Positions 1 to 15,000 of a stretch of 64,000 nucleotides of DNA are shown here, in pieces. Position 1 is the stretch's first letter, and every line of letters begins with the position of its first letter. Under the pieces are notes generated by a model. That model was not told the origin of the DNA, made no database searches, and worked only from the letters and a program-made list of their open reading frames with translations. The DNA is from Neoechinorhynchus agilis (lineage: Eukaryota; Animalia; Acanthocephala): NCBI GenBank assembly GCA_051530055.1, contig CM121341.1, positions 186,001-250,000 of the forward strand. The letters run 5' to 3'. The position numbers were made by a program, and so were the translations under genes.

Positions 1-3000
1 CTTAATCTGGTCTACCTTAACGCGCTGATTCCAAATCTGTATCAAGATTTGCAATAGCTGTAATGGTTCATGAGTTATGCGTTGTTCAATTTTGAGACAA
101 ACTACATTGATTATTGATATTAAAACGTCAATAAATTTAAGATATAATTAACTTTTCTACATCTTCTTTTGACGCTGAATTCACCTGCAATCACTGTTTG
201 ATGTGGCTTTTTAAATTTTTACACTTAGTTTAAGGATTGAAGTTCATAAAAGACACCTGAATTAAATCTGTAGTACTCGTAAGTTGTTAGGAAATGATAA
301 AACATTTTAAGCATATCCAATCCGCTGATTTCAATTGTGTTATTTAATTTTAATGAATCTTGCAAATTTTATGATCTTTGACTCTTGTGACTTTTGACCA
401 AATATGATATAACGATTCCCGCTTCGAATATGGCAGTTGTAGTTTAGAAGGTCAGTTGATGTGGTGTATCTTAACGCGCTGATTCCAAATCTGTATCCAG
501 ATTTGCGCTAGCTGTAATGGTTCGTTAGTTATGCGTTGTTCAATTTTGAGACAAACTACCTTGATTATTGATATTAAAACGTCAATAAATTTAAGATATA
601 ATTAACTTTTCTAGATCTACTTTTGACGCTGAATTCGCCTGCAATCACTGTTTGATGTGGCTTTTTAAATTTGTACAATTAGTTTAAGGATTGAAGTTAA
701 TAAAAGACACCTGAATTAAATCTGTAGTACTCGGAAGTTGTTATGAAATGATGAAACATTTTGAGCATATCCAATGCGCTGATTTCAATTGTGTTATCTA
801 ATTTTAATGAATCTTGCAAATTTTGTGATCTTTGACTCTTGTGACTTTTGACCAAATATGATAATGCGATTCCCGCATCGAATATTGCAGTTTTATTTTA
901 GAAAGCCAGTTGATGTTGTCATTCTTAACGCGCTTATTCCAAATCTGTATCAAGATTTTCGCTAGCTGTAATGGTTCGTGAGTTATGCGTTGTTCAATTT
1001 TGAGACAAACTACCCTGATTATTGATATTAAAACGTCAATAAATTTGAGATATAATCAACTTTTCTTTATCTACTTTTGACGCTGAATTCACCTGCAATC
1101 ACTGTTTGATGTGGCTTTTTGAATTTGTACACTTAGTTTAAGGATTGAAGTTCATAAAAGACACCTGAATTAAATCTGTAATACTCGTAAGTTGTTAGGA
1201 AATGATAAAACATTTTGAGCATATCAAATTCGCTGATTTCAATTGTGTTATCTAATTTTAATGAATCTTGCAAATTTAGTGATCTTTGACTCTTGTGACT
1301 TTTGACCAAATATGATAATGCGATTCCCGCTTCGAATATTGCAGTTATAGTGTAGGAAGTCATTTGGTCTGGTCTATCTTAACGCGCTGATTCCAAATCT
1401 GTATCAAGATTTACGCTAGCTGTAATAATTCGTGAGTTATGCGTTGTTCAATTTTGAGACAAACTACCTTGATTATTGATATTAAAACGTCAATAAATTT
1501 AAGATATAATTAACTTTTCTAGATCTACTTTTGACGCTGAATTCACCTGCAATCACTGTTTGATGTTGCTTTTCAAATTTTTACACTTAGTTTAAGGATT
1601 GAAGTTCATAAAAGACACCTTAATTAAATCTGCAGTACTCGTAAGTTGTTAGGAAATGATAAAACATTTTGAGCATATCAAATTCGCTGATTTCAATTGT
1701 GTTATCTAATTTTAATGAATCTTGCAAATTTAATGATCTTTGACTCTTGTGACTTTTGACCAAATATGATAATGCGATTCCCGCTTCGAATATTGCAGTT
1801 GTAGTTTAGAAAGTCAGTTGATGTGGTCCACCTTAACGCGCTGATTCCAAATCTGTATCAAGATTTGCGCTAGCTGTAATAATTCGTGAGTTATGCGTTG
1901 TTCAATTTTGAGACAAACTACCTTGATTATTGATATTAAAACGTCAATAAATTTAAGATATAATTAACTTTTCTAGATATCCTTTTGACGCTTAATTCAC
2001 CTGCAATCACTGTTTGATGTGGCTTTTTAAATTTTTACACTTAGTTTAAGGATTGAAGTTCATAAAAGACACCTGAATTAAATCTGTAGTACTCGTAAGT
2101 TGTTAGGAAATGATAAAACATTTTGAGCATATCAAATGCGCTGATTTCAATTGTGTTATCTAATTTTAATGAATCTTGCAAATTTAGTGATCTTTGACTC
2201 TTGTGACTTTTGACCAAATATGATAATACGATTCCCGCTTCGAATATTGCAGTTGTAGTTTAGAAAGTCAGTTGATGTTGTCCACCTTAACGCGCTGATT
2301 CCAAATCTGTATCCAGATTTTCGCTAGCTGTAATGGTTCGTGAGTTATGCGTTGTTCAATTTTGAGACAAACTACCTTGATTATTGATATTAAAACGTCA
2401 ATAAATTTAAGATATAATTAACTTTTCTAGATATCCTTTTGACGCTGAATTCACCTGCAATAACTGTTTTATGTGGCTTTTTAAATTTTTATACTTAGTT
2501 TAAGGATTGAAGTTCATAAAAGACACCTGAATTAAATCTGTAGTACTCGTAAGTTGTTAGGAAATGATAAAACATTTTGAGCATATCCAATGCGCTTATT
2601 TCAATTGTGTTATCTAATTTTAATGAATCTTGCAAATTTAGTGATCTTTGACTCTTGCTACTTTTTACCAAATATGATAATGCGATTCCCGCTTCGAATA
2701 TTGCAGTTGTAGTTTAGAAAGTAAGTTAGTCTGGTCTATCCTAATGCGCTGATTCCAAATCTGTATCCAGATTTGCGCTAGCTGTATTGGTTCGTTAGTA
2801 ATGCGTTGTTCAATTTTGAGACAAACTACCTTGATTATTGATATTAAAACGTCAACAAATTTAAGATAAAATTAACTTTTCTAGATCTACTTTTGACGCT
2901 GAATTCACCTGCAATCACTGTTTGATGTGGCTTTTGAAATTTTTACACTTAGTTTAAGGATTGGAGTTCATAAAAGACACCTGAATTAAATCTGTACTAC

Positions 3001-6000
3001 TCTTAAGTTGTTAGGAAATGATAAAACATTTTGAGCATATCCAATGCGCTGATTTCAATTGTGTTATCTAATTTTAATGAATCTTGCAAATTTAGTGATC
3101 TTTGACTCTTGTGACTTTTGACCAAATATGATAATGCGATTCCCGCATCGAATATTGCAGTTGTATTTTAGAAAGCCAGTTGATGTTGTCATTCTTAACG
3201 CGCTTATTCCAAATCTGTATCCAGATTTGCGCTAGCTGTAATGGTTCGTGAGTTATGCTTTGTACAATTTTGAGACAAACTACCTTGATTATTGATATTA
3301 AAACGTCAATAAATTTAAGATGTAATTAACTTTTCTAGATCTACTTTTGGCGCTGAATTCACCTGCAAGCACTGTTTGATGTGGCTTTTTTAATTTGTAC
3401 ACTTAGTTTAAGGATTGAAGTTCATAAAAGACACCTGAATTAAATCTGTAGTACTCGTAAGTTGTTATGAAATGATAAAACATTTTGAGCATATCCAGTC
3501 CGCTGATTTAAATTGTGTTATTTAATTTTAATGAATCTTGCAAATTTTATGATCTTTGACTCTTGTGACTTTTGACCAAATATGATATCACGATTCCCGC
3601 TTCGAATATTGCAGTTGTATTTTAGAAACTTAGTTGATGTGGTGTATCTTAACGCGCTGATTCCAAATCTGTATCCAGATTTGCGCTAGCTTTAATGGTT
3701 CGTGAGTTATGCTTTGTTCAATTTTGAGACAAACTACCTTGATTATTGATATTAAAACGTCAATAAATTTAAGATATAATTAACTTTTCTAGATCTACTT
3801 TTGACGCTGAATTCACCTGCAATCACTGTTTGATGTGGCTTTTGAAATTTTTACACTTAGTTTCAGGATTGAAGTTCATAAAAGACACCTGAATTAAATC
3901 TGTAGTACTCTTAAGTTTTTATGAAATGATAAAAAATTTTGAGCATATCAAATTCGCTGATATCAATTGTATTATCTAATTTTAATAAATCTTGCAAATT
4001 TAGTCATCTTTGACTCTTGTGACTTTTGACCAAATATGATAATGCGATTCCCGCTTCGAATATTGCAGTTGTAGTTTAGATAGTCATATAGTCTGGTCTA
4101 TCTTAACGCGCTGATTCCAAATCTGTATCAAGATTTTCAATAGCTGTAATGGTTCGTGAGTTATGCGTTGTTCAACTTTGAGACAAACTGCCTTGATTAT
4201 TGATATTAAAACGTCAATAAATTTAAGATATAATTAACTTTTCTAGATCTACTTTTGACGCTGAATGCACCTGCAGTCAATGTTTGATGTGGCTTTTTAA
4301 ATTTTTACACTTAGTTTAAGGATTGAAGTTCATAAAAGACACCTGAATTAAATCTGTAGTACTCTTAAGTTGTTAGGAAATGATAAAACATTTTGAGCAT
4401 ATCCAATCCGCTGATTTCAATTGTGTTATTTAATTTTAATGAATCTTGCAAATTTTACGATCTTTGACTCTTGTGACTTTTGACCAAATATGATATCACG
4501 ATTCCCGCTTCGAATATTGCAGTTGTATTTTAGAAACTTAGTTGATGTGGTGTATTTTAACGCGCTGATTCCAAATCTGTATCCAGATTTGCGCTAGCTT
4601 TAATGGTTGGTGAGTTATGCTTTGTTCAATTTTGAGACAAACTACCTTGATTATTGATATTAAAACGTCAATAAATTTAAGATATAATCAACTTTTCTAG
4701 ATCTACTTTTGATGCTAAATTCACCTGCAAGCACTGTTTGATGTGGCCTTTTAAATTTGTACACTTAGTATTAGGATTGAAGTTCATAAAAGACACCTGA
4801 ATTAAATCTGTAGTACTCGTAAGTTGTTATGAAATGATAAAACATTTTGAGCATATCCAGTCCGCTGATTTCAATTGTGTTATCTAATTTTAATGAATCT
4901 TGCAAATTTAGTGATCTTTGACTCTTGTGACTTTATACCAAATATGATAATGCGATTCCCGCATCGAATATTGCAGTTGTATTTTAGAAACTCAGTTGAT
5001 GTGGTTAGTCTTAACGCGCTGATTCCAAATCTGTATCCAGATTTGCGCTAGCTGTAATGGTTCGTGAGTTATGCTTTGTACAATTTTGAGATAAACTACC
5101 TTGATTATTGATATTAAAACGTCAATAAATTAAAGATATAATTAACTTTTCTAGATCTACTTTTGACGCTGAATTCACCTGCGAGCACTGTTTGATGTGG
5201 CTTTTTTTATTTGTACACTTAGTTTAAGGATTGAAGTTCATAAAAGACACCTGAATTAAATCTGTAGTACTCGTAAGTTGTTATGAAATGGTAAAAATTT
5301 TTGAGCATATCCAGTCCGCTGATTTCAATTGTGTTATCTAATTTTAATGAATCTTGCAAATTTAGATATCTTTGACTCTTGTGACTTTTGACCAAATATG
5401 ATAATGCGATTCCCGCTTCGAATATTGAAGTTGTAGTTTAGATAGTCACTTAGTCTGGTCTATCTTAACGCGCTGATTCCAAATCTGTATCAAGATTTTC
5501 AATAGCTGTAATGTTTCGTGAGTTATACGTTGTTCAATTTTTAGACAAACTACCTTGATTATTGATATTAAAACGTCAATAAATTTAAGATAAAATTAGC
5601 TTTTCTAGATATCCTTTTGACGCTGAATTCACCTGCAATAACTGTTTTATGTGGCTTTTTAAATTTTTATACTTAGTTTAAGGATTGAAGTTCATAAAAG
5701 ACACCTGAATTAAATCTGTAGTACTCGTAAGTTGTTAGGAAATGATAATAATTTTGAGCATATATAATGTGCTGATTTCAATTGTGTTACCTAATTTTAA
5801 TAAATCTTGCTAATTTAGTGATCTTTGACTCTTGTGACTTTTGACCAAACATGATAATGCGATTCCGCTTCGAATATTGCAGTTGTAGTTTAGCAAGTTA
5901 TTTAGTCTGGTCAACCTTAACGCGCTGATTCCAAATCTGTATCCAGATTTTCAATAGCTGGAATAATTCTTGAGTTATGCGCTGTTCAATTTTGAGAAAA

Positions 6001-9000
6001 ACTACCTTGAATATTGATATTAAAATGTTAATAAATTTAAGATAAAATTAACTTTTCTAGATATCCAGTTGACGCTCAATTCACCTGCAATCACTGTTTG
6101 ATGTGGCTTTTTAAATTTTTATACTTAGTTTAAGGATTGAAGTTCATAAAAGACACCTGAATTAAATCTGTAGTACTCGTAAGTTGTTAGGAAATGATAA
6201 TAATTTTGAGCATATATAATGTGCTGATTTCAATTGTGTTACCTAATTTTAATAAATCTTGCTAATTTAGTGATCTTTGACTCTTGTGACTTTTGACCAA
6301 ATATGATAATGCGATTCCCGCTTCGAATATTGCAGTTGTAGTTTAGAAAGTCAGTTAGTCTGGTCTATCTTAACGCGCTGATTCCAAATCTGTATCCAGA
6401 TTTGCGCTAGCTGTAATGGTTCGTGAGTTATGCGTTGTTCAATTTTGAGACAAACTACCTTGATTATTGATATTAAAACGTCAATAAATTTAAGATAAAA
6501 TTAACTTTTCTAGATATCCAGTTGACGCTCAATTCACCTGCAATCACTGTTTGATGTGGCTTTTAAAATTTTTATACTTAGTTTAAGGATTGAAGTTCAT
6601 AAAAGACACCTGAATTAAATCTGTAGTACTCGTAAGTTGTTAGGAAATGATAAAAATTTTGAGCATATCTAATGCGCTGATTTCAATTGTGTTATCTAAT
6701 TTTAATGAATCTTGCAAATTTAGTGATCTTTGACTCTTGTGACTTTTGACCAAATATGATAATGCGATTCCCGCTTCGAATATTGCAGTTGTAGTTTAGA
6801 AAGTAAGTTAGTCTGGTCTATCCTAATGCGCTGATTCCAAATCTGTATCCAGATTTGCGCTAGCTGTATTGGTTCGTTAGTAATGCGTTGTTCAATTTTG
6901 AGACAAACTACCTTGATTATTGATATTAAAACGTCAACAAATTTAAGATAAAATTAACTTTTCTAGATATCCTTTTGACGCTCAATTCACCTGCAATCAC
7001 TGTTTGATGTGGCTTTCTAAATTTGTACACTTAGTTTAAGGATTGAAGTTCATAAAAGACACCTGAATTAAATCTGTAGTACTCGTAAGTTGTTAGGAAA
7101 TGATAAAACATTTTGAGCATATCTAATGCGCTGATTTCAATTGTGTTATCTAATTTTAATGAATCTTGCAAATTTAGTGATCTTTGACTCTTGTGACTTT
7201 TGACCAAATATGATAATGCGATTCCCGCTTCGAATATTGCAGTTGTAGTTTAGAAAGTCATTTAGTCTTGTCTACCTTAACGCGCTGATTCCAAATCTGT
7301 ATCCAGATTTGCAATAGCTGTAATGGTTCGTGAGTTATGCGTTGTTCAATTTTGAGACAAACTACCTTGATTATTGATATTAAAACGTCAATAAATTTAA
7401 GATATAATTAACTTTTCTAGATCTACTTTTGACGCTGAATTCACCTGCAATCACTGTTCGATGTGGCTTTATAAATTTTTACACTTAGTTTAAGGATTGA
7501 AGTTCATAAAAGACACCTGAATTAAATCTGTAGTACTCGTAAGTTGTTAGGAAATGATAAAACATTTTGAGCATATCTAATGCGCTGATTTCAATTGTGT
7601 TATCTAATTTTAATGAATCTTGCAAATTTAGTGATCTTTGACTCTTGTGACTTTTGACCAAATATGATAATGCGATTCCCGCTTCGAATATTGCAGTTGT
7701 GGTTTAGAAAGTCAGTTATTCTGGTCTACCTTAACGCGCTGATTCCAAATCTGTATCCAGATTTGCGATAGCTGTAATGGTTCTTGAGTTATGCGTTGTT
7801 CAATTTTGAGACAAACTACCTTGATTATTGATATTAAAACGTCAATAAATTTAAGATATAATTAACTTTTCTAGATCTACTTTTGACGCTGAATTCACCT
7901 GCAATCACTGTTTGATGTGGCTTTTTAAATTTGTACACTTAGTTTAAGGATTGAAGTTCATAAAAGACACCTGAATTAAATCTGTAGTACTCGTAAGTTG
8001 TTAGGAAATGATAAAACATTTTGAGCATATCTAATCCGCTGATTTCAATTGTGTTATCTAATTTTAATGAATCTTGCAAATTTTGTGATCTTTGACTCTT
8101 GTGACTTTTGACCAAATATGATAATGCCTTTCCCGCTTAGAATATTGCAGTTGTAGTTTAAAATGTAAGTTAGTCTAGTCGATCTTAACGCGCTGATTCC
8201 AAATCTGTATCCGGATTTGCGCTAGCTGTGATGGTTCGTGAGTTATGCGTTGTTCAATTTTGAGACAAACTACCTTGATTATTGATATTAAAACGTCAAT
8301 AAATTTAAGATATAATTAACTTTTCTAGATCTACTTTTGACGCTGAATTCACCTGCAGTCACTGTTTGATGTGAATTTTTAATCTTGTACACTTAGTTTA
8401 AGGATTGAAGTTCATAAAAGACACCTGAATTAAATCTGTAGTACTCGTAAGTTGTTAGTAAATGATAAAACATACTGAGCATATCTAATGCGCCGATTTC
8501 AATTGTGTTATCTAATTTTAATGAATCTTGCAAGTTTAGTGATCTTTGACTCTTGTGACTTTTGACCAAATATGATAATGCGATTCCCGCTTCGAATATT
8601 GCAGTTGTAGTTTAGAAAGTAAGTTATTCTGGTCTATCTTAACGCGCTGATTCACAATCTGTATCCAGATTTGCAATAGCTGTAATGGTTCGTGAGTTAT
8701 ACGTTGTTCAATTTTGAGACAAACTACCTTGATTATTATATAAAAACGTCAATAAATTTAAGATATAATTAACTTTTCTAGATCTACTTTTGACGCTGAA
8801 TTCACCTGCAATCACTGTATGATGTGGCTTTTCAAATTTTTACACCTAGTTTAAGGATTGAAATTCATAAAAGACACCTGAATTAAATCTGTAGTACTCG
8901 TAAGTTGTTAGGAAATGATAAAACATTTTGAGCATATCTAATGCGCTGATTTCAATTGTGTTACCTAATTTTAATGAATCTTGCAAATTTAGTGATCTTT

Positions 9001-12000
9001 GACTCTTGTGACTTTTGACCAAAAATGATAATGCGATTCCCGCTTCGAATATTGCAGTTGTAGTATAGAAAGTCAATTAGTCCGGTCTATCTTAAGGCGC
9101 TGATTCCAAATCTGTATCCAGATTTGCGATAGCTGTAATAATTCTTCTGAATTCACCTGCAATCTTTGTTTGATGTGGCTTTTTAAATTTGTACACTTAG
9201 TTTAAGGATTGAAGTTCATAAAAGACACCTGAATTAAATCTGTAGTACTCGTAAGTTGTTAGGAAATGATAAAACATTTTGAGCATATCTAATTTTCGGA
9301 TTTCAATTGTGTTACGTAATTTTAATGAATCTTGCAAATTTAGTGATCTTTGACTCTTGTGACTTTTGACCAAATATGATAATGCGATTTCCGCTTCGAA
9401 TATGGCAGTTGTAGTTTAGAAAGTCATTTAGTCTGGTCTACCTTAACGCGCTGATTCCAAATCTGTATCCAGATTTGCAATAGCTGTAATGGTTCGTTAG
9501 TTATGCGTTGATCAATTTTTAGACAAACTACCTTGATTATTGATATTAAAACGTCAATAAATTTAAGATATAATTAACTTTTCTAGATCTACTTTTGACG
9601 CTGAATTCACCTGTTATAACTGTTTGATGTGGCTTTTTAAATTTTTACACTTAGTTTAAGGATTGAAGTTCATAAAAGACACCTGAATTAAATCTGTAGT
9701 ACTCGTAAGTTGTTAGGAAATGATAAAACATTTTGAGCATATCTAATGCGCTGATTTCAATTGTGTTATCTAATTTTAATGAATCTTGCAAATTTAGTGA
9801 TCTTTGACTCTTGTGACTTTTGACCAAATATGATAATGCGATTCCCGCTTCGAATATTGCAGTTGTAGTTTAGAATGTAAGTTAATCTAGTCCATCTTAA
9901 CGCGCTGATTCCAAATCTGTATCCGGATATGCGATAGCTGTAGTGGTTCGTGAGTTATGCGTTGTTCAATTTTGAGACAAACTACCTTGATTATTATATA
10001 AAAACGTCAATAAATTTAAGATATAATTAACTTTTCTTGATCTACTTTTGACGCTGAATTCACCTGCAGTCACTGTTTGATGTGAATTTTTAATCTTGTA
10101 CACTTAGTTTAAGGATTGAAATTCATAAAAGACACCTGAATTAAATCTGTAGTTCTCGTAAGTTGTTAGGAAATGATAAAACATTTTGAGCATATCTAAT
10201 GCGCTGATTTCAATTGTGTTACCTAATTTTAATGAATCTTGCAAATTTAGTGATCTTTGACTCTTGTGACTTTTGACCAAAAATGATAATGCGATTCCCG
10301 CTTCGAATATTGCAGTTGTAGTTTAGAAAGTCAATTAGTCCGGTCTATCTTAAGGCGCTGATTCCAAATCTGTATCCAGATTTGCGATAGCTGTAATAAT
10401 TCTTCTGAATTCACCTGCAATCACTTTTGATGTGGCTTTTTAAATTTGTACACTTTGTTTAAGGATTGAAGTTCAAAAAAGATACCATAATTAAATCTGT
10501 AGTACTCGTAAGTTGTTAGGAAATGATAAAACATTTTGAGCATATCTAATGCGCTGATTTCAATTGTGTTACCTAATTTTAATGAATCTTGCAAATTTAG
10601 TGATATTTGATTCTTGTGACTTTTGACCAAATATGATAATGCGATTCCCGCTTCGAATATTTAAGTTGTAGTTTAGAAAGTCCGTTAATCTTGTCTACCT
10701 TAACGCGCTGATTTTAAATCTCCATCCAGATTTGCGATAGCTGTAATCGTTCGTGAGTTATGCGTTGTTCAATTTTGAGACAAACTACCTTGATTATTGA
10801 TATTAAAACGCCAATAAATTTAAGATATAATAAACTTTTCTAGATCTACTTTTGACGCTGAATTCACCTGCAATCCCTTTTGATGTGACTTTTTAAATTT
10901 GTACACTTTGCTTAAGGATTGAAGTTCAAAAAAGATACCATAATTTAATCTGTAGTACTCGTAAGTTGTTAGGAAATGATAAAACATTTTGAGCATATCC
11001 AATGCGCTGATTTCAATTGTGTTATCTAATTTTAATGAATCTTGCAAATTTAGTGATCTTTGACTCTTGTGACTTTTGACCAAATATGATAATGCGATTC
11101 CCGCTTCGAATATTGCAGTTGTAGTTTAGAAGGTCAGTCCGTCTGGTCTACCTTAACGCGCTGATTCCAAATCTATATCCAGATTTGCGCTAGCTGTAAT
11201 TGTTCGTGAGTTATGCGCTTTTCAATTTTGAGACAAACTACCTTGAATATTGATATTAAAGCGTTAATAAATTTAAGATGTAATTAACTTTTCTAGATCT
11301 ACTTTTGACGCTGAATTCACCTGCAATCACTGTTTGATGTGGCATTTTAAATTTTTATACTTAGTTTAAGGATTGAAGTTCATAAAAGACACCTGAATTA
11401 AATCTGTAGTACTCGTAAGTTGTTAGGAAATGATAAAACATTTTGAGCATATCCAATGCGCTTATTTCAATTGTGTTATCTAATTTTAATGAATCTTGCC
11501 AATTTAGTGATCTTTGACTCTTGTTACTTTTGACCAAATATGATAATGCCTTTCCCGCTTAGAATGTTGCAGTTGTAGTTTAAAATGTAAGTTAGTCTAG
11601 TCGATCTTAACGCGCTGATTCCAAATCTGTATCCGGATTTGCGCTAGCTGTAATGGTTCGTGAGTTATGCGTTGTTCAATTTTGAGACAAACTACCTTGA
11701 TTATTGATATTAAAACGTCAATAAATTTAAGATATAATAACTTTTCTAGATCTACTTTTGACGCTGAATTCACCTGCAATCACGTTTGATGTGGCTTTTT
11801 AAATTTTACACTTAGTTTAAGGATTGAAGTTCAAAAAGACACCTAATTAAATCTGTAGTACTCGTAAGTTGTTAGGAAATGATAAAACATTTTGAGCATA
11901 TCTAATGCGCTGATTTCAATTGTGTTATCTAATTTTAATGAATCTTGCAAATTTAGTGATCTTTACTCTTGTACTTTTGACCAAATATGATAATGCTTCC

Positions 12001-15000
12001 CGCTTGAATATTGCAGTTGTAGTTTAAAAGTTATCTAGTCATCTTAACGCGCTGATTCCAAATCTGTATCCGGATTTGCGCTAGCTGTGGTGGTTCGTGA
12101 GTTATGCGTTGTTCAATTTTGAGACAAACTACCTTGATTATTGATATCAAAGCGTCAATAAATTTAAGATATAATAAACTTTTCTAGATCTACTTTTGAC
12201 GCTGAATTCACCTGCAGTCACTGTTTGATGTGAATTTTTAATCTTGTACACTTAGTTTAAGGATTGAAGTTCATAAAAGACACCTGAATTAAATCTGTAG
12301 TACTCGTAAGTTGTTAGTAAATGATAAAACATACTGAGCATATCTAATGTCCGATTTCAATTGTGTTATCTAATTTTAATGAATCTTGCAAGTTTAGTGA
12401 TCTTTGACTCTTGTGACTTTTGACCAAATATGATAATGCGATTCCCGCTTCGAATATTGCAGTTGTAGTTTAGAATGTAAGTTAATCTGGTCTATCTTAA
12501 CGCGCTGATTCAAAATCTGTATCCAGATTTGCAATAGCTGTAATGGTTCGTGAGTTATGCGTTGTTCAATTTTGAGACAAACTACCTTGATTATTGATAT
12601 TAAAACGTCAATAAATTTAAGATATAATTAACTTTTCTAGATCTACTTTTGACGCTGAATTCACCTGCAATCACTGTTTGATGTGACTTTTTAAATTTTT
12701 ACACTTAGTTTAAGGATTGAAGTTCATAAAAGACACCTGAATTAAATCTGTAGTACTCGTAAGTTGTTAGGAAATGATAAAACATTTTGAGCATATCCAA
12801 TGCGCTGATTTCAATTGTGTTATCTAATTTTAATGAATCTTGCAAATTTAGTGATCTTTGACTCTTGTGACTTTTGACCAAATATGATAATGCGATTCCC
12901 GCTTCGAATATTGCAGTTGTAGTTTAGAAAGTCAGTCCGTCTGGTCTACCTTAACGCGCTGATTCCAAATCTGTATCCAGATTTGCGCTAGCTGTAATTG
13001 TTCGTGAGTTATGCGTTTTTCAATTTTGAGACAAACTACCTTGATTATTGATATTAAAGCGTTAATAAATTTAAGATATAATTAACTTTTCTAGATCTAC
13101 TTTTGACGCTGAATTCACCTGCAATCACTGTTTGATGTGGCATTTTAAATTTTTATACTTAGTTTAAGGATTGAAGTTCAAAAAAGACACCTGAATTAAA
13201 TCTGTAGTACTCGTAAGTTGTTAGGAAATGATAAAACATTTTGAGCATATCCAATGCGCTTATTTTAATTGTGTTATCTAATTTTAATGAATCTTGCCAA
13301 TTTAGTGATCTTTGACTCTTGTTACTTTTGACCAAATATGATAATGCCTTTCCCGCTTAGAATGTTGCAGTTGTAGTTTAAAATGTAAGTTAGTCTAGTC
13401 GATCTTAACGCGCTGATTCCAAATCTGTATCCGGATTTGCGCTAGCTGTGGTGGTTCGTGAGTTATGCGTTGTTCAATTTTGAGACAAACTACCTTGATT
13501 ATTGATATCAAAGCGTCAATAAATTTAAGATATAATAAACTTTTCTAGATCTACTTTTGACGCTGAATTCACCTGCAGTCACTGTTTGATGTGAATTTTT
13601 AATCTTGTACACTTAGTTTAAGGATTGAAGTTCATAAAAGACACCTGAATTAAATCTGTAGTACTCGTAAGTTGTTAGTAAATGATAAAACATACTGAGC
13701 ATATCTAATGTCCGATTTCAATTGTGTTATCTAATTTTAATGAATCTTGCAAGTTTAGTGATCTTTGACTCTTGTGACTTTTGACCAAATATGATAATGC
13801 GATTCCCGCTTCGAATATTGCAGTTGTAGTTTAGAATGTAAGTTATTCTGGTCTATCTTAACGCGCTGATTCACAATCTGTATCCAGATTTGCAATAGCT
13901 GTAATGGTTCGTGAGTTATACGTTGTTCAATTTTGAGACAAACTACCTTGATTATTATATAAAAACGTCAATAAATTTAAGATATAATTAACTTTTCTAG
14001 ATCTACTTTTGACGCTGAATTCACCTGCAATCACTGTTTGATGTGGCTTTTTAAATTTTTACACTTAGTTTAAGGATTGAAGTTCATAAAAGACACCTGA
14101 ATTAAATCTGTAGTACTCGTAAGTTGTTAGGAAATGATAAAACATTTTGAGCATATCTAATGCGCTGATTTCAATTGTGTTATCTAATTTTAATGAATCT
14201 TGCAAATTTAGTGATCTTTGACTCTTGTGACTTTTGACCAAATATGATAATGCGATTCCCGCTTCGAATATTGCAGTTGTAGTTTAGAAAGTCAGATAGT
14301 CCGGTCTATCTTAAGGCGCTGATTCCAAATCTGTATCCAGATTTGCGATAGCTGTAATGATTCTTCTGAATTCACCTGCAATCACTTTTGATGTGGCTTT
14401 TTAAATTTGTACACTTTGTTTAAGGATTGAAGTTCAAAAAAGACACCATAATTAAATCTGTAGTACTCGTAAGTTGTTAGGAAATGATAAAACATTTTGA
14501 GCATATCTAATGCGCTGATTTCAATTGTGTTATCTAATTTTAATGAATCTTGCAAATTTAGTGATATTTGACTCTTGTGACTTTTGACCAAATATGATAA
14601 TGCGATTCCCGCTTCGAATATTTAAGTTGTAGTTTAGAAAGTCAGTTAATCTGGTCTACCTTAACGCGCTGATTCTAAATCTCCATCCAGATTTGCGATA
14701 GCTGTAATGGTTCGTGAGTTATGCGTTGTTCAATTTTGAGACAAACTACCTTGATTATTGATATTAAAACGCCAATAAATTTAAGATATAATAAACTTTT
14801 CTAGATCTACTTTTGACGCTGAATTCACCTGCAATCCCTTTTGATGTGACTTTTTAAATTTGTACACTTTGCTTAAGGATTGAAGTTCAAAAAAGATACC
14901 ATAATTAAATCTGTAGTACTCGTAAGTTGTTAGGAAATGATAAAACATTTTGAGCATATCCAATGCGCTGATTTCAATTGTGTTATCTAATTTTAATGAA

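Noticed and set aside
11700-12060. Monomers with dense 1-3 nt deletions (also about 16020-16180 and 20600-20900)
   Set aside because: Clustered small deletions and a garbled A-rich patch look like low-coverage long-read consensus error, not biological variants.
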